A stretch of DNA of 64,000 nucleotides from Bdellovibrionales bacterium (GTDB lineage: Bacteria; Bdellovibrionota; Bdellovibrionia; Bdellovibrionales; UBA1609). Shown here in pieces: positions 10,605-20,348 of this stretch (within the stretch, counting starts at the first letter, position 1; the number at the start of each line of letters is the position of its first letter). A program made the position numbers and the translations under genes. Under the pieces are notes generated by a model, which had not been told where the DNA came from, ran no database searches, and saw only the letters and a program-made list of their open reading frames with translations. The DNA lies in contig OZ241329.1 of NCBI GenBank assembly GCA_965199825.1, positions 1,600,001-1,664,000 of the forward strand. Reading direction: 5' to 3'.

Positions 10605-11413
10605 ACTCGCAAAAAACAAAAACCATCAGCATCACTTCAGGAAAAGGCGGAGTGGGCAAATCGACATTTGTGGCTCACACCGCGGTTCAACTCGGTAAAC
10701 TCGGTCATCGGGTTTTGGTTTTAGACGGCGATTTAGGCATGGCTAATCTTGATATTATTTTTGGTGTGCGACCAAAACTCACATTAAGTGATGTGAACAA
10801 AGGTTTAGCCACAATCGAAGACATTTGTGTTGAGGTCGCTCCGAATGTGGATCTGTTACCAGGTGCAAGCGGAGTTTACGAATTACAAAATCTCAATGCT
10901 TTTCAAAAAAAATCGATTTTGGATCAAATCAGCGTTCTCGAAAAATCATACGACTACATGTTGATTGATACCGCACCCGGAATTGCCGATCATGTTTTAG
11001 ATTTAAATTCTGCCGCACAAGAAATTATTGTGGTGGTGACTCCGGACCCCTCAAGCATTGCCGATGCGTATGCCTTGATGAAGGTCTTGTATCAACGTCG
11101 ATCAGAAACTCGATTTAGTATTGTTTGTAACCTTGTGCGTGACGAAAATGATGCGAGCCAAATCTTTCGCAGGCTCAATGATGTGGCCGCTCGCTTTTTA
11201 CCAATCACACTGAATGATCGCGGTCATATCCTTGCGGATCCCGAATTGAGACGCTCAACACGGCTCCAGAAGCTTGTTTTTGAGGTCGCACCGTTTGCGC
11301 AGTCCAGTCTAGGTTTTAAACAGTTTTCCGAAAAACTGAGAAGTTCTAGCGAAGTGCAACCCATCAAAGGGGGCCTCCAGTTTTTTTGGATGCAGATGGC
11401 TGGCGTCGCTTAG
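10601..11413 (+). CDS. flhG: MinD-like flagellar number regulator FlhG/FleN
   Basis: SGKGGVGKS, DGDLGMANL and DTAPG motifs; follows flhF. Confidence 0.92.
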   Translation: MNSQKTKTISITSGKGGVGKSTFVAHTAVQLGKLGHRVLVLDGDLGMANLDIIFGVRPKLTLSDVNKGLATIEDICVEVAPNVDLLPGASGVYELQNLNAFQKKSILDQISVLEKSYDYMLIDTAPGIADHVLDLNSAAQEIIVVVTPDPSSIADAYALMKVLYQRRSETRFSIVCNLVRDENDASQIFRRLNDVAARFLPITLNDRGHILADPELRRSTRLQKLVFEVAPFAQSSLGFKQFSEKLRSSSEVQPIKGGLQFFWMQMAGVA

Positions 11414-11481
11414 TCAAAATGGACTTCTGAATTGATTCTCGTTTTGATAGAATAGGTAATGAGGGTGAGGGCAAGCGCGCA

Positions 11482-12276
11482 ATGGCAATAAATCAAAAAG
11501 ATTCTTCGTTACTACGAAAGTATAAAGAAGAGCCATCAAAGGTATCAGCAGATCAAAAAGATAAGCTGATCATGGAGTATGCTCCACTCATAAAATTTAT
11601 CGCCCAAAAGATAGCCGTGCGTTTGCCATCGAATATCGAACTCGATGATTTGATTTCAAGCGGTGTGATTGGTTTGATGGATGCCATCGAAAAATATGAT
11701 CCCACCCGCGACAATAAATTTAAAACCTATGCTGAATTTCGTATTCGTGGATCGATCCTTGATGAGTTGCGAGCCCAAGACTGGGTGCCTCGCTCGGTGC
11801 GCGACAAGGCCAAGATGCTTGATCGCACGGTGATTGAACTCGAAGCCGAACTCGGTCGCACGGTGACCGATGAAGAAGTGTGTGAGCGCTTAAAGATCAC
11901 GATGGATGACTTTCATGATCTGGTGAACCAAGTGCGCCCCGTGAGCCTCTTATCGATTGATGATGCCGCCACATTTTCAAACGTCGATAAAAAATCGATC
12001 TTAAATATTTTAGAGGGGACCAAGTACAACAACCCCTACAACCAACTCAACATCAAAAGTGTAAAATCGATTGTTGCAAAAGCGATCGAAGATTTACCCG
12101 AGCGCCAAAAGCTTGTTTTATCACTTTATTATTTTGAAGATTTAAATCTAAAAGAAATCGGCAAAATTTTGCGCGTCACCGAATCGCGCGTCTCACAACT
12201 TCACGCCCAAGCGATCACTCGCCTGCGCGCAAAGCTGATTCAAAATTTCGAAGAACAAGAACTCGAAGCGGTTTAA
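11482..12276 (+). CDS. fliA: RNA polymerase sigma28 factor
   Basis: DDLISSGVIGL, RIRGSILDELRAQDW and TESRVSQLH. Confidence 0.96.
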   Translation: MAINQKDSSLLRKYKEEPSKVSADQKDKLIMEYAPLIKFIAQKIAVRLPSNIELDDLISSGVIGLMDAIEKYDPTRDNKFKTYAEFRIRGSILDELRAQDWVPRSVRDKAKMLDRTVIELEAELGRTVTDEEVCERLKITMDDFHDLVNQVRPVSLLSIDDAATFSNVDKKSILNILEGTKYNNPYNQLNIKSVKSIVAKAIEDLPERQKLVLSLYYFEDLNLKEIGKILRVTESRVSQLHAQAITRLRAKLIQNFEEQELEAV

Positions 12277-12998
12277 CGCAATCTGTCCTCGACAAAACGC
12301 TTCATATCACTTTGTTCTTTCAGCGACATATTAGGAATTCGTTCGTTTCCGAATAATCTCAAAACTTGTAACATCACAAATGCTGTATGTTGCAGATCCC
12401 TGGGTTCAATCGAATCAAAAAGTGGAGTTGCAATCACGTTTTTAAAGCTTGCTCGCAAACAATCAAGAATCACTTCTTTTGAAGCATTTGGATCGTTGAA
12501 TTGGGCATCACAACTTAAACATGAAACAGTGCCTCGGCTAAAATCACGCTCGGTTACCACAGGTAGGAGCTTCGTGGGCAGAGGCGGACATCTTGGGTTG
12601 GATTCCGAGAGTTTTGGATATTGGTAGGTGTGATAGCTACAAAAATATCTGTATTTTGTGTTGATGGAGCCTGTTGAGCGTTCGTGGGTGGGTTGATCAT
12701 AAATTGGAGCGGGTTGAATGATTAACTCAACTCTGAGTCCATCTGCCCGACCTTTTGGCAATTGATTAAATTGTTCTTCCATAATTTTACAAACATCGTG
12801 GGGACGATCACGAATTTCATCTGTTGCTATTTCGCGGTCCTCAATGACAACCGGCTGAGCCATGTAGTCATAAGCATTCCCTTGAGCCTGACACACACCA
12901 TAAGGCACAGTATAATAAGTCGACTCACATAAAGAATCCGCCGCCTGCGCGCTCATGCCTACCAAACTAAACAATAAGATAATTTTTTTCATATTCAC
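12273..12998 (-). CDS. hypothetical secreted Cys-containing protein
   Basis: signal peptide MKKIILLFSLVGMSAQA; no recognised domain. Confidence 0.7.
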   Translation of the reverse strand: MNMKKIILLFSLVGMSAQAADSLCESTYYTVPYGVCQAQGNAYDYMAQPVVIEDREIATDEIRDRPHDVCKIMEEQFNQLPKGRADGLRVELIIQPAPIYDQPTHERSTGSINTKYRYFCSYHTYQYPKLSESNPRCPPLPTKLLPVVTERDFSRGTVSCLSCDAQFNDPNASKEVILDCLRASFKNVIATPLFDSIEPRDLQHTAFVMLQVLRLFGNERIPNMSLKEQSDMKRFVEDRLR

Positions 12999-13031
12999 CC
13001 TTTTTAAAGACGAGTCATTCGTCTCTCAAGG

Positions 13032-13631
13032 CTACTGAGCAATTAAAAGGCCATCGCACATCAAAAAAACCGTGATGCGAAAATGCGGGTGGAGGTGTTT
13101 GCTGATCTCGATCAAATGATCTAAATCGGTTTTATTTGAAGCAAACCAATACCACTGCTGTCCATGCTTGATCACAAGTTCGACACTCATCGGAGTGTTA
13201 AACCCAAACCGTTTTTTAATGGGTAGATCGATATAGGTTTTGTCTGTAGGAAACTGAGCGGCCACTGCCAGTCGAAAGATAAAATCCCTAAAATCTAAAA
13301 CCGACCACCTTAACGATTCCTGATTGCTATTGAGTTTTTGTGATTTTACAATTGTTGTACGGCCAAACTCAAAAATATGATTAAAAATGGTGTTGAGATC
13401 GTGATTTTGGTGATGAGCCAGTCGGGTTACTTTCCATAGAGCTTCTTCTATGGCGAGCTCAACCTCCGCTCCTGACTCGACTCCCACGGGAACCTCTTCA
13501 GCGATCGCAATCAGTGATTCAGATATTCCTGGATATTGGTGCTCGATGGTAGCGCCTAGCAGATTAAGGCATCCAAGTGAGGTTGCGGAAGCGTTCATCA
13601 TAAATAAAAAAAGTAGGGGTATCAAAATCAC
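13032..13631 (-). CDS. hypothetical secreted protein with C-x3-L motifs at both ends
   Basis: signal peptide ending ASA, then CLNLL; C-terminus CDGLLIAQ. Confidence 0.65.
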   Translation of the reverse strand: MILIPLLFLFMMNASATSLGCLNLLGATIEHQYPGISESLIAIAEEVPVGVESGAEVELAIEEALWKVTRLAHHQNHDLNTIFNHIFEFGRTTIVKSQKLNSNQESLRWSVLDFRDFIFRLAVAAQFPTDKTYIDLPIKKRFGFNTPMSVELVIKHGQQWYWFASNKTDLDHLIEISKHLHPHFRITVFLMCDGLLIAQ

Positions 13632-13639
13632 TCCGCTCG

Positions 13640-14554
13640 CTACTTTAAAACCGCAGTTTTAATTTTGCCAACCAATCGGGCTTCAACCTGTCTGACCGCT
13701 TCGCGAGTCACACCCCACGACTCACCAATATCTTGTAACGTCAGCGGCTCTTCTGAGAGCACGCGGTGTTCTAAGAGATACAGTTCGCGCTCACTTAATG
13801 AGGGTTTGATTCCTTCGATCTCGTTTTTTAGCAGCTCGATTTGCTCCGCTTTTTCGAGTTGATCATCGGGTGCAGCCTCTAAGCTTGCCGCTTGTAAATC
13901 CATTAGGGTCCCTGAGTCTTCATCACCTAAAGGCTGACTGAGCGACATGTCGCGACCACTCAAACGGCTCTGCATAGTGCGAATTTCATCTACCGAAATT
14001 CCTAGCTGCCCACTTAATTTTTTTAATCCCTCAGGGCCTGCACGCTCAAGTTGTTCGCGCTCACGTTGCAATTGATAAAAAAGTTTGCGCTGACTTTGGG
14101 TTGTTCCAATCCGCACCATCGAATATTGACGCATCAAAAATTCTTGGATGTATCCACGAATCCACCACACCGCATAGGTAATGAGGCGCACACCTTTATA
14201 AGGATTAAATTCCTTTACCGCATGCATCAGCCCCACATTGCCTTCTTGAATGAGGTCAATCAACTTTGCACCAAATTTGGAATATTCGGCGGCGACCTTG
14301 ACCACAAAACGCAAATTGGCGGTGACCAATCGTTCGGCCACATGAGCATCATGAGATTCGTAATACTCTTTGGCTAAACGCTCTTCTTCTTCACGAGTGA
14401 GGAGCGCATATCGACGAATCTCTGCCATATAACGGGTGACAGGATCAATGGTGGCAAGATTTTTATGCGCCTGGGGTATAGGAAGATCCTGATCAAAAAC
14501 AATCTCAGGATTCACGACCTTTAATTTCTTAGCGCGACCTTTTTTTTTGACCAT
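13640..14554 (-). CDS. rpoH: RNA polymerase sigma32-family factor
   Basis: sigma70 regions 1.2-4 with RpoH-box-like TTQSQRKLFYQL. Confidence 0.9.
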   Translation of the reverse strand: MVKKKGRAKKLKVVNPEIVFDQDLPIPQAHKNLATIDPVTRYMAEIRRYALLTREEEERLAKEYYESHDAHVAERLVTANLRFVVKVAAEYSKFGAKLIDLIQEGNVGLMHAVKEFNPYKGVRLITYAVWWIRGYIQEFLMRQYSMVRIGTTQSQRKLFYQLQREREQLERAGPEGLKKLSGQLGISVDEIRTMQSRLSGRDMSLSQPLGDEDSGTLMDLQAASLEAAPDDQLEKAEQIELLKNEIEGIKPSLSERELYLLEHRVLSEEPLTLQDIGESWGVTREAVRQVEARLVGKIKTAVLK

Positions 14555-14859
14555 CAGGCCAACGCTTCATCAATTTTCTTTTCAAGTGTTTTTTGAACCA
14601 TGCCTTTGACTAAGGCCAAATGAAAAGGCAATTCCACAACGACTTCGACGCTTGATCCACCAGATGATTTTGTAATTTGCAGTTTTGCAGTAAAGAGTTT
14701 GCTTTTTGCTTCCCCACTCAAAGTTTTTTTTGAAAAATCACATTTGTAGTTGGGATCTAATTTTCGGAGTTCTTTGTCGTGATCAAGAAGTTTGGTGAGT
14801 CGCGAAAAAGACTCTTCGGCCTGATGATCTGACTGACGTGTTATTTTTATTGACGGCAT
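14554..14859 (-). CDS. small polyhydroxyalkanoic-acid-system-like protein
   Basis: about 100 aa ending VVELPFHLALVKGMVQKTLEKKIDEAL, resembling that family. Confidence 0.6.
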   Translation of the reverse strand: MPSIKITRQSDHQAEESFSRLTKLLDHDKELRKLDPNYKCDFSKKTLSGEAKSKLFTAKLQITKSSGGSSVEVVVELPFHLALVKGMVQKTLEKKIDEALA

Positions 14860-14909
14860 GGAGCAGACGATATCTTGAAACCCCTCTCAAGTCATGAGAA
14901 AAGGCCTCT

Positions 14910-16688
14910 ATGTCATTTTTAAAAGAACTCAAAAGAACGCATTACTGTGGTGAATTAAATAAAGAACAAACCGGCAAAACTGTTGTGATTATGGGGTGGG
15001 TCGATTCTCGCCGCGATCATGGTGGGCTTGTGTTTGTCGATCTGCGCGACCGCGAGGGGATTGTTCAGGTTGTAATAAATCCTGGGCTCGAAGCAAATGA
15101 ATCGGCCAAAGGCATGCGCAGCGAGTGCGTTGTGGCAATTCAAGGTGTGGTGCGTGCTCGCCCTGAGGGCATGATCAACAAGAAAATTAAAACCGGCTTG
15201 ATCGAAATCGAATCCCTCAAATGCGAAATTTTATCTGAGGCCGAAACTCCACCCTTTCAAATCAGTGATTCAAAAGTCTCAGAGACTCTGCGCCTTAAAT
15301 ATCGTTACCTAGATTTACGATCTGAACGTCTTCAACATTATTTATTTACTCGCCATAAAATAGCCCAACTCGTCCGTTCCGAACTTTCGAACATGAAATT
15401 TGTCGAAGTCGAAACACCAATTTTATATAAAAGCACTCCAGAAGGAGCGCGCGATTATTTGGTTCCATCACGCGTGAACCAAGGTACGTTCTACGCTCTT
15501 CCCCAAAGTCCCCAAACTCTCAAACAACTTTTGATGATTGCTGGGTTTGATCGCTACTTTCAAATTGCCCGATGCTTTCGCGATGAAGATTTGCGCGCCG
15601 ATCGTCAGCCTGAATTTAGTCAGATTGATATCGAGATGAGCTTTATCGAAGAAGAAGACATTTTGAATATTAACGAAAAGCTTTTAAAAACAATTTGGAA
15701 GACAATTAAAAATGTAGATGTCGGTCCTGTCCAGCGTATGTCGTATGCCGAAGCGATGGAACGGTTTGGTTCAGACAAGCCCGACTTAAGAATTCCCTTA
15801 GAGTTAAAAGATCTTTCGTCTTTGTTTAAAGAGTCGAGCGGCTACAAAGTTTTTGATGATGTCGTCGGCCGTGGGGGAGTGGTCAAAGCTCTCGCTGTGC
15901 CAAAAGCCGGCGAAATTTCGCGCTCACAAATCGAAAAGATCACAGCTCTCGCCAAACAAATGGGCGCAAAAGGTTTAGGATTTATCAAATCCGAAAAAGG
16001 CTCGCTGAATGCGTCGATGGGCAAATTCTTTGCGCCAGAAAAAATCAGTGAGATGTATGCGCAAGCGGGCGGCGTCGACGGTGGAGCTGTATTTATCGTT
16101 GCCGATGATTTTGATATCGCATGCTCAGCACTCAGTATGCTCCGCACCCACTTTGGTCACGAGTACAAACTTGTTGATGAATCAAGTGATCGCTTTTTAT
16201 GGGTGATCGATTTTCCATTGCTCGAGTTTGATCGCGAACAAAAGCGGTGGTCTGCTCGGCATCATCCCTTTACCGCTCCCAAAGACGAGCATTTCGAAAT
16301 CTTGCGCGACCGAACCGAAAAAGAGTATGGCCAAGCCTTAGCTAAAGCCTACGATCTTGTCTGTAACGGATACGAGATCGCAGGCGGCAGCGTGCGGATC
16401 CATCGCCGCGATGTCCAGCAGACCATGTTTCAGGTGCTCGGCCTCACAGACGAAGAAATAAAAAACAAATTCGGATTTTTTATTGAGGCATTGAGCTATG
16501 GCACCCCACCCCATGGTGGGATTGCTTGGGGAATGGATCGACTTGTGATGCTCCTTGTCGGCACCGATGCGATTCGTGATGTGATTGCCTTTCCAAAAAC
16601 AGCTAAAGCTACCGACCTAATGGCGGATGCTCCGAGTTTGGTTTCGCGTGAGCAGCTGATTGAGTTGGGATTGCGGTTAAATAAATAA
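14910..16688 (+). CDS. aspS: aspartate-tRNA ligase, probably non-discriminating
   Basis: [26 protein letters not shown] and [12 protein letters not shown]. Confidence 0.97.
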   Translation: MSFLKELKRTHYCGELNKEQTGKTVVIMGWVDSRRDHGGLVFVDLRDREGIVQVVINPGLEANESAKGMRSECVVAIQGVVRARPEGMINKKIKTGLIEIESLKCEILSEAETPPFQISDSKVSETLRLKYRYLDLRSERLQHYLFTRHKIAQLVRSELSNMKFVEVETPILYKSTPEGARDYLVPSRVNQGTFYALPQSPQTLKQLLMIAGFDRYFQIARCFRDEDLRADRQPEFSQIDIEMSFIEEEDILNINEKLLKTIWKTIKNVDVGPVQRMSYAEAMERFGSDKPDLRIPLELKDLSSLFKESSGYKVFDDVVGRGGVVKALAVPKAGEISRSQIEKITALAKQMGAKGLGFIKSEKGSLNASMGKFFAPEKISEMYAQAGGVDGGAVFIVADDFDIACSALSMLRTHFGHEYKLVDESSDRFLWVIDFPLLEFDREQKRWSARHHPFTAPKDEHFEILRDRTEKEYGQALAKAYDLVCNGYEIAGGSVRIHRRDVQQTMFQVLGLTDEEIKNKFGFFIEALSYGTPPHGGIAWGMDRLVMLLVGTDAIRDVIAFPKTAKATDLMADAPSLVSREQLIELGLRLNK

Positions 16689-16691
16689 AGT

Positions 16692-16866
16692 TTAGTAGGG
16701 CGGCATTCCGCATTCGCCCTTGATTACGTCTTCGAACTTTTGAGTTTGGTATCGTTCGAGGCAGTCCTTTAAGAAATGGATATATTCCTTGGCTCCGTGA
16801 TCGGGTTTTGAATTAAGAATTGGGATTAAAGCATTATCGATTTCATAGCTCTCTTGGCTTAAGAGG
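16692..16866 (-). pseudogene. orphan C-terminal fragment paralogous to the adjacent lipoprotein
   Basis: KEYIHFLKDCLERYQTQKFEDVIKGECGMPPY aligns with KDYIKILKDCLNRYQSESFEDVITGECGMEP; no convincing start of its own. Confidence 0.7.
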
Positions 16867-18189
16867 TTACTTCTGCTTTTCAGGTTCCATACCGCATTCG
16901 CCCGTGATGACGTCCTCAAAACTTTCAGACTGGTATCTGTTCAGACAATCCTTCAAGATTTTGATATAGTCCTTTTCATTTCGATCTTGATCGGAATTGA
17001 ATGTTGGCATCACGCCATAAAGAAGTTTTGTTAGATTAGCATATGAAAGATCCACTCGACTTACAATCCACCGCATCTTTGAAGCATTAAAATTTCCAGG
17101 GGTACGCGCGGGAAGTTTACTAGCCCTCAGAGGTTGCTTATAAAAAATAAATTCATATTTTTCGCGATAAACCAAACTCAATTCAATAAGAAGCTGTGTC
17201 AGATTTAAATGGCTGCTTGTACGCACCTTAACTAAATCCCGAAGTATGGGATTCTCTCTCTCGATACTCCAATTTGGACCACAATAAAGAATATGATCGT
17301 TTTTCCATTTTGCAAAACGAGCTGGGTCGGCAACTCCAACTGTATCAAAGAAACCAAAACCTTTTTTGAAACGAATCCAGGTTTTTAAATTTGCAAGCAT
17401 CGCTTGGCTGTAAAAATCATTCTGCGTTTCTTGATAGAGCGCTTTGACATAGGGAGTGATGTGAGAGTTCGCCTCAACATTTCCATCAGCCGCATAGCCG
17501 TTGATTTCTGCAATGGCCTGCGAATCAATAATGGAGATCGCTGTACCCGTTGTTCGACAGTTTCGAACTGGATTCGAATTGAAGCCATATGAAATGGCCT
17601 TTACAGAAAGAGACTGCAACGTATCAATGATCAATTGTCGACAAAACAAAGATGCATTCATCCGCAAATAACCAATTGCATGGCCCACATCACTGGCTTC
17701 AGACCACGAATTTCCACAGTCCATATCTTTCACCAAAGCACTGAACCTTTCAGCGACATCGGGTGATACGTGATGCTGATCACCAATTATCATATTGATG
17801 CCGCGTTTGATTTTGATCGTATAAAGGCGTGGATCCTCACCACCAAAAACTGCGGTGGCAGTCGGGTCAATAGCAACATAAACACCTGGCCCTGTGTCTG
17901 CGCCAAAAACAATATTTGGATTCCAAAATCGATTGGCCCATGAGTTGATCCTTTTGTTAAGGTCATCAACAGATTTTGGATTGAACTTCTCTTTTTCAAC
18001 TTGTTCCCATCGAAATGTCCAAAGATCCCGATCCAGGGGCGCAAGATACGGAGTGAGTATTTCGGTAAGTCGAGCTTGAAAAGATTTATTTTGGGTTTCG
18101 GCAGAGGGAAATCTTTTTATATAATTTGAATGCTTCGCCGTCGCGCAGGCAACAAGTATTAGTAGTAAACAAAATCTATAGACTTTCAT
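16867..18189 (-). CDS. lipoprotein with possible ADP-ribosyltransferase-like N-terminal domain
   Basis: GGAG RBS, lipobox LVAC, TFRW...GPGVYVAIDP...FGG...LYTIKI motif; fold is inference. Confidence 0.6.
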   Translation of the reverse strand: MKVYRFCLLLILVACATAKHSNYIKRFPSAETQNKSFQARLTEILTPYLAPLDRDLWTFRWEQVEKEKFNPKSVDDLNKRINSWANRFWNPNIVFGADTGPGVYVAIDPTATAVFGGEDPRLYTIKIKRGINMIIGDQHHVSPDVAERFSALVKDMDCGNSWSEASDVGHAIGYLRMNASLFCRQLIIDTLQSLSVKAISYGFNSNPVRNCRTTGTAISIIDSQAIAEINGYAADGNVEANSHITPYVKALYQETQNDFYSQAMLANLKTWIRFKKGFGFFDTVGVADPARFAKWKNDHILYCGPNWSIERENPILRDLVKVRTSSHLNLTQLLIELSLVYREKYEFIFYKQPLRASKLPARTPGNFNASKMRWIVSRVDLSYANLTKLLYGVMPTFNSDQDRNEKDYIKILKDCLNRYQSESFEDVITGECGMEPEKQK

Positions 18190-18393
18190 TGAAGTACTCC
18201 TAAAGGTTTTATTTTTGTACATTAGTGGAGTTAAAAGAATATCCATTTGAGTCTACTGGCCGTTGGTCTCCCTGCAATTTCTTGCGGCCTTAAAGCTGAT
18301 TTTTAACGTGCTCATACGGTTGGTGCGCGTTTGCGAAAACTCCGAAGGTGTTTAAAGCTTAGCTGGCTAAAATTTGATGGGTCAAATCAAAGT

Positions 18394-18850
18394 GTCGTGC
18401 CCGCTCAAAGTGTCGTGCCCGCTCAAAGTTGTCGTGCCCGCTCAAAGTGTCGTGCCCGCTCAAAGTGTCGTGCCCGCTTAAAGTGTCGTGCCCGCTCAAA
18501 GTGTCGTGCCCACTCAAAGTTGTCGTGCCCACTCAAGTTGTCGTGCCCACTCAAAGTTGTCGTGCCCACTCAAGTTGTCGTGCCCACTCAAAGTTGTCGT
18601 GCCCACTCAAGTTGTCGTGCCCACTCAAAGTTGTCGTGCCCACTCAAGTTGTCGTGCCCACTCAAAGTTGTCGTGCCCACTCAAGTTGTCGTGCCCACTC
18701 AAAGTTGTCGTGCCCGGTCAACGTCGTCGTGCCCGGTCAACGTCGTCGTGCCCGGTCAACGTCGTCGTGCCCACTCAAGTTGTTGTGCCCACTCAAGTTG
18801 TCGTGCCCGCTTAAGTTGTCGTGCCCGCTTAAGAGTATCGTGCCCACTCA
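18394..18850. repeat. tandem array of 25 copies of an 18/19-bp unit (GTCGTGCCC + 9-10 bp)
   Basis: counted directly; variants gctcaaagt(t), actcaa(a)gtt, ggtcaacgtc and gcttaag-type. Confidence 0.97.
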
Positions 18851-19015
18851 CTCACACCACCAACGCGCGGACCAGCTTCACGATCTAAAAACCCAAGCCT
18901 CAAATCAAGACTATGACATCACCCCAAGAATAAACAAAATTAGTATAACCCCAAACTGCTCAGCATAAAATGGCAAGCCACCAGCTTCCACAAACCCAAC
19001 CAAGGTCCGCACCCT

Positions 19016-19043
19016 TAAAGTTTCACCCGTCTTATTCCGAGAC
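19016..19043 (+). promoter_or_regulatory. sigma28 (FliA)-like promoter
   Basis: TAAAG-N15-TCCGAGAC upstream of an AGGAGG RBS; spacing is 1 nt longer than the enteric consensus. Confidence 0.55.
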
Positions 19044-19067
19044 AGTAATGTGCACAGGAGGTGCTTA

Positions 19068-19295
19068 ATGGAAAAAATCAGTGGAATTGTTTCGAGTTCG
19101 GCAAGAGTTCCGGCAAGTGACAGCCAAGCCTCTGCTCGGCCTGGGGCTCCAACTCTTGGTCGCTCACAAGCAAATCTTGCAAAGCAAGACGTTGCTATCG
19201 TGTCGGATTTAGAGACCCGATTTTTTAAACCTGAGCGCGGCGAAACTCCCGATGAGCTAACTCCAAAGGGAACATATTTGGATCGCGAAGCTTAA
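19068..19295 (+). CDS. small hypothetical protein
   Basis: AGGAGG RBS before ATG 19068; MEKISGIV...RPGAPTLGR. Confidence 0.75.
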   Translation: MEKISGIVSSSARVPASDSQASARPGAPTLGRSQANLAKQDVAIVSDLETRFFKPERGETPDELTPKGTYLDREA

Positions 19296-20347
19296 GCGAT
19301 TTGCTCGAGACAAAAACCAAAACTTTCTAACGATGCAATCTTTGACAAACTCGCGAAGCGGCGTTGTCCATCAACCATTTTCAAAACCAAAATCGCATCC
19401 ACACTCAAATGAATGAGTTGTCTGACCGCCAGCACATTCCACTGTGGAGCCCCAAGTTGCACCAACATCTCAAGGCGCAACAAGGCCTGCTGAGCATTGT
19501 CGGCATGAAGAGTTCCAAGTCCACCTTTGTGGCCGGTGGCAAAGGCCATCAACAAATCTTTTGCCTCTTCACCTCGCACCTCACCCATCACGATGCGATC
19601 GGGCCTCAATCTTAAGCTTAGTTTTACAAGATCAGCCAAACTGACCTCGTCAAGATGACCTTGCGAATCCTTGCGCGACAAAAGTTTTGTCGAAAGGGGA
19701 TTGGGGGTTAACAGCTCATCGGTATCTTCAATGATCACCGCGCGCTCGGTGTTCGAAATTTCATTGAGACAAGAATTTAGAATCGTGGTTTTTCCTGTGC
19801 CGGTTGAACCCACCACGATAATACTGGCGTGAGATTTCAAAAGACCACGCAATTGCTCGATCGCCTCTGCCGAAGCCCAACCCTGCTTCTCTAATGTGGC
19901 AAAATCGATGGCTGATTGCCGCTGCCTGCGAAAGCTCATCTGAAAAAGAGATTGCACAATCGGCCGCTGCACAACGCACAATCGAAAGTTACGAAAGCGT
20001 CCATCCCCTCGGGGAGCATTGATATTGGTGACGATCTTTGATTCAGCACAAACGCGATGAAAAAAATTAGAAAATGTTTGCAGCGATAAAAAACTTTGCT
20101 CCGAGCAATTCCAACGGCCCTCCTTTTCAAACCAAATCTGGTCCTCGCCATTGATTAAAATTTCTGTAACAGCCTCATCAAGAACAAGCGGCGTCAGAGG
20201 TCCAAGACCTAAGTGTTCGGCTCGCAAGCGATCTTTAAATGGACAACTTTCGGTTTGTTTCAAAATAAAATCTTCGAGCGCAATTTCACTTTCTTGCTGG
20301 GCCTTTTCGATTTGCTTTTGCAAAACGAGAAATGCTTCGTTCAACAT
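19292..20347 (-). CDS. cpaF: Flp/Tad pilus assembly ATPase CpaF/TadA
   Basis: VTEILING, GSTGTGKTT, IEDTDEL, LRLRPDRIVMGEVRG and TGH..TLHA; start placed right after the cpaC stop. Confidence 0.9.
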   Translation of the reverse strand: MLNEAFLVLQKQIEKAQQESEIALEDFILKQTESCPFKDRLRAEHLGLGPLTPLVLDEAVTEILINGEDQIWFEKEGRWNCSEQSFLSLQTFSNFFHRVCAESKIVTNINAPRGDGRFRNFRLCVVQRPIVQSLFQMSFRRQRQSAIDFATLEKQGWASAEAIEQLRGLLKSHASIIVVGSTGTGKTTILNSCLNEISNTERAVIIEDTDELLTPNPLSTKLLSRKDSQGHLDEVSLADLVKLSLRLRPDRIVMGEVRGEEAKDLLMAFATGHKGGLGTLHADNAQQALLRLEMLVQLGAPQWNVLAVRQLIHLSVDAILVLKMVDGQRRFASLSKIASLESFGFCLEQIA

Positions 20348-20348
20348 C

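Noticed and set aside
18394..18850. CRISPR array
   Set aside because: Units are contiguous 18-19 bp with no unique spacers, and no cas genes are present.
18331..18968. Three overlapping repetitive ORFs (SCPLK, VVPTQ, CRAHS)
   Set aside because: They are artefacts of a stop-poor repeat; mixed 18/19-bp units cycle through the frames and there is no RBS.
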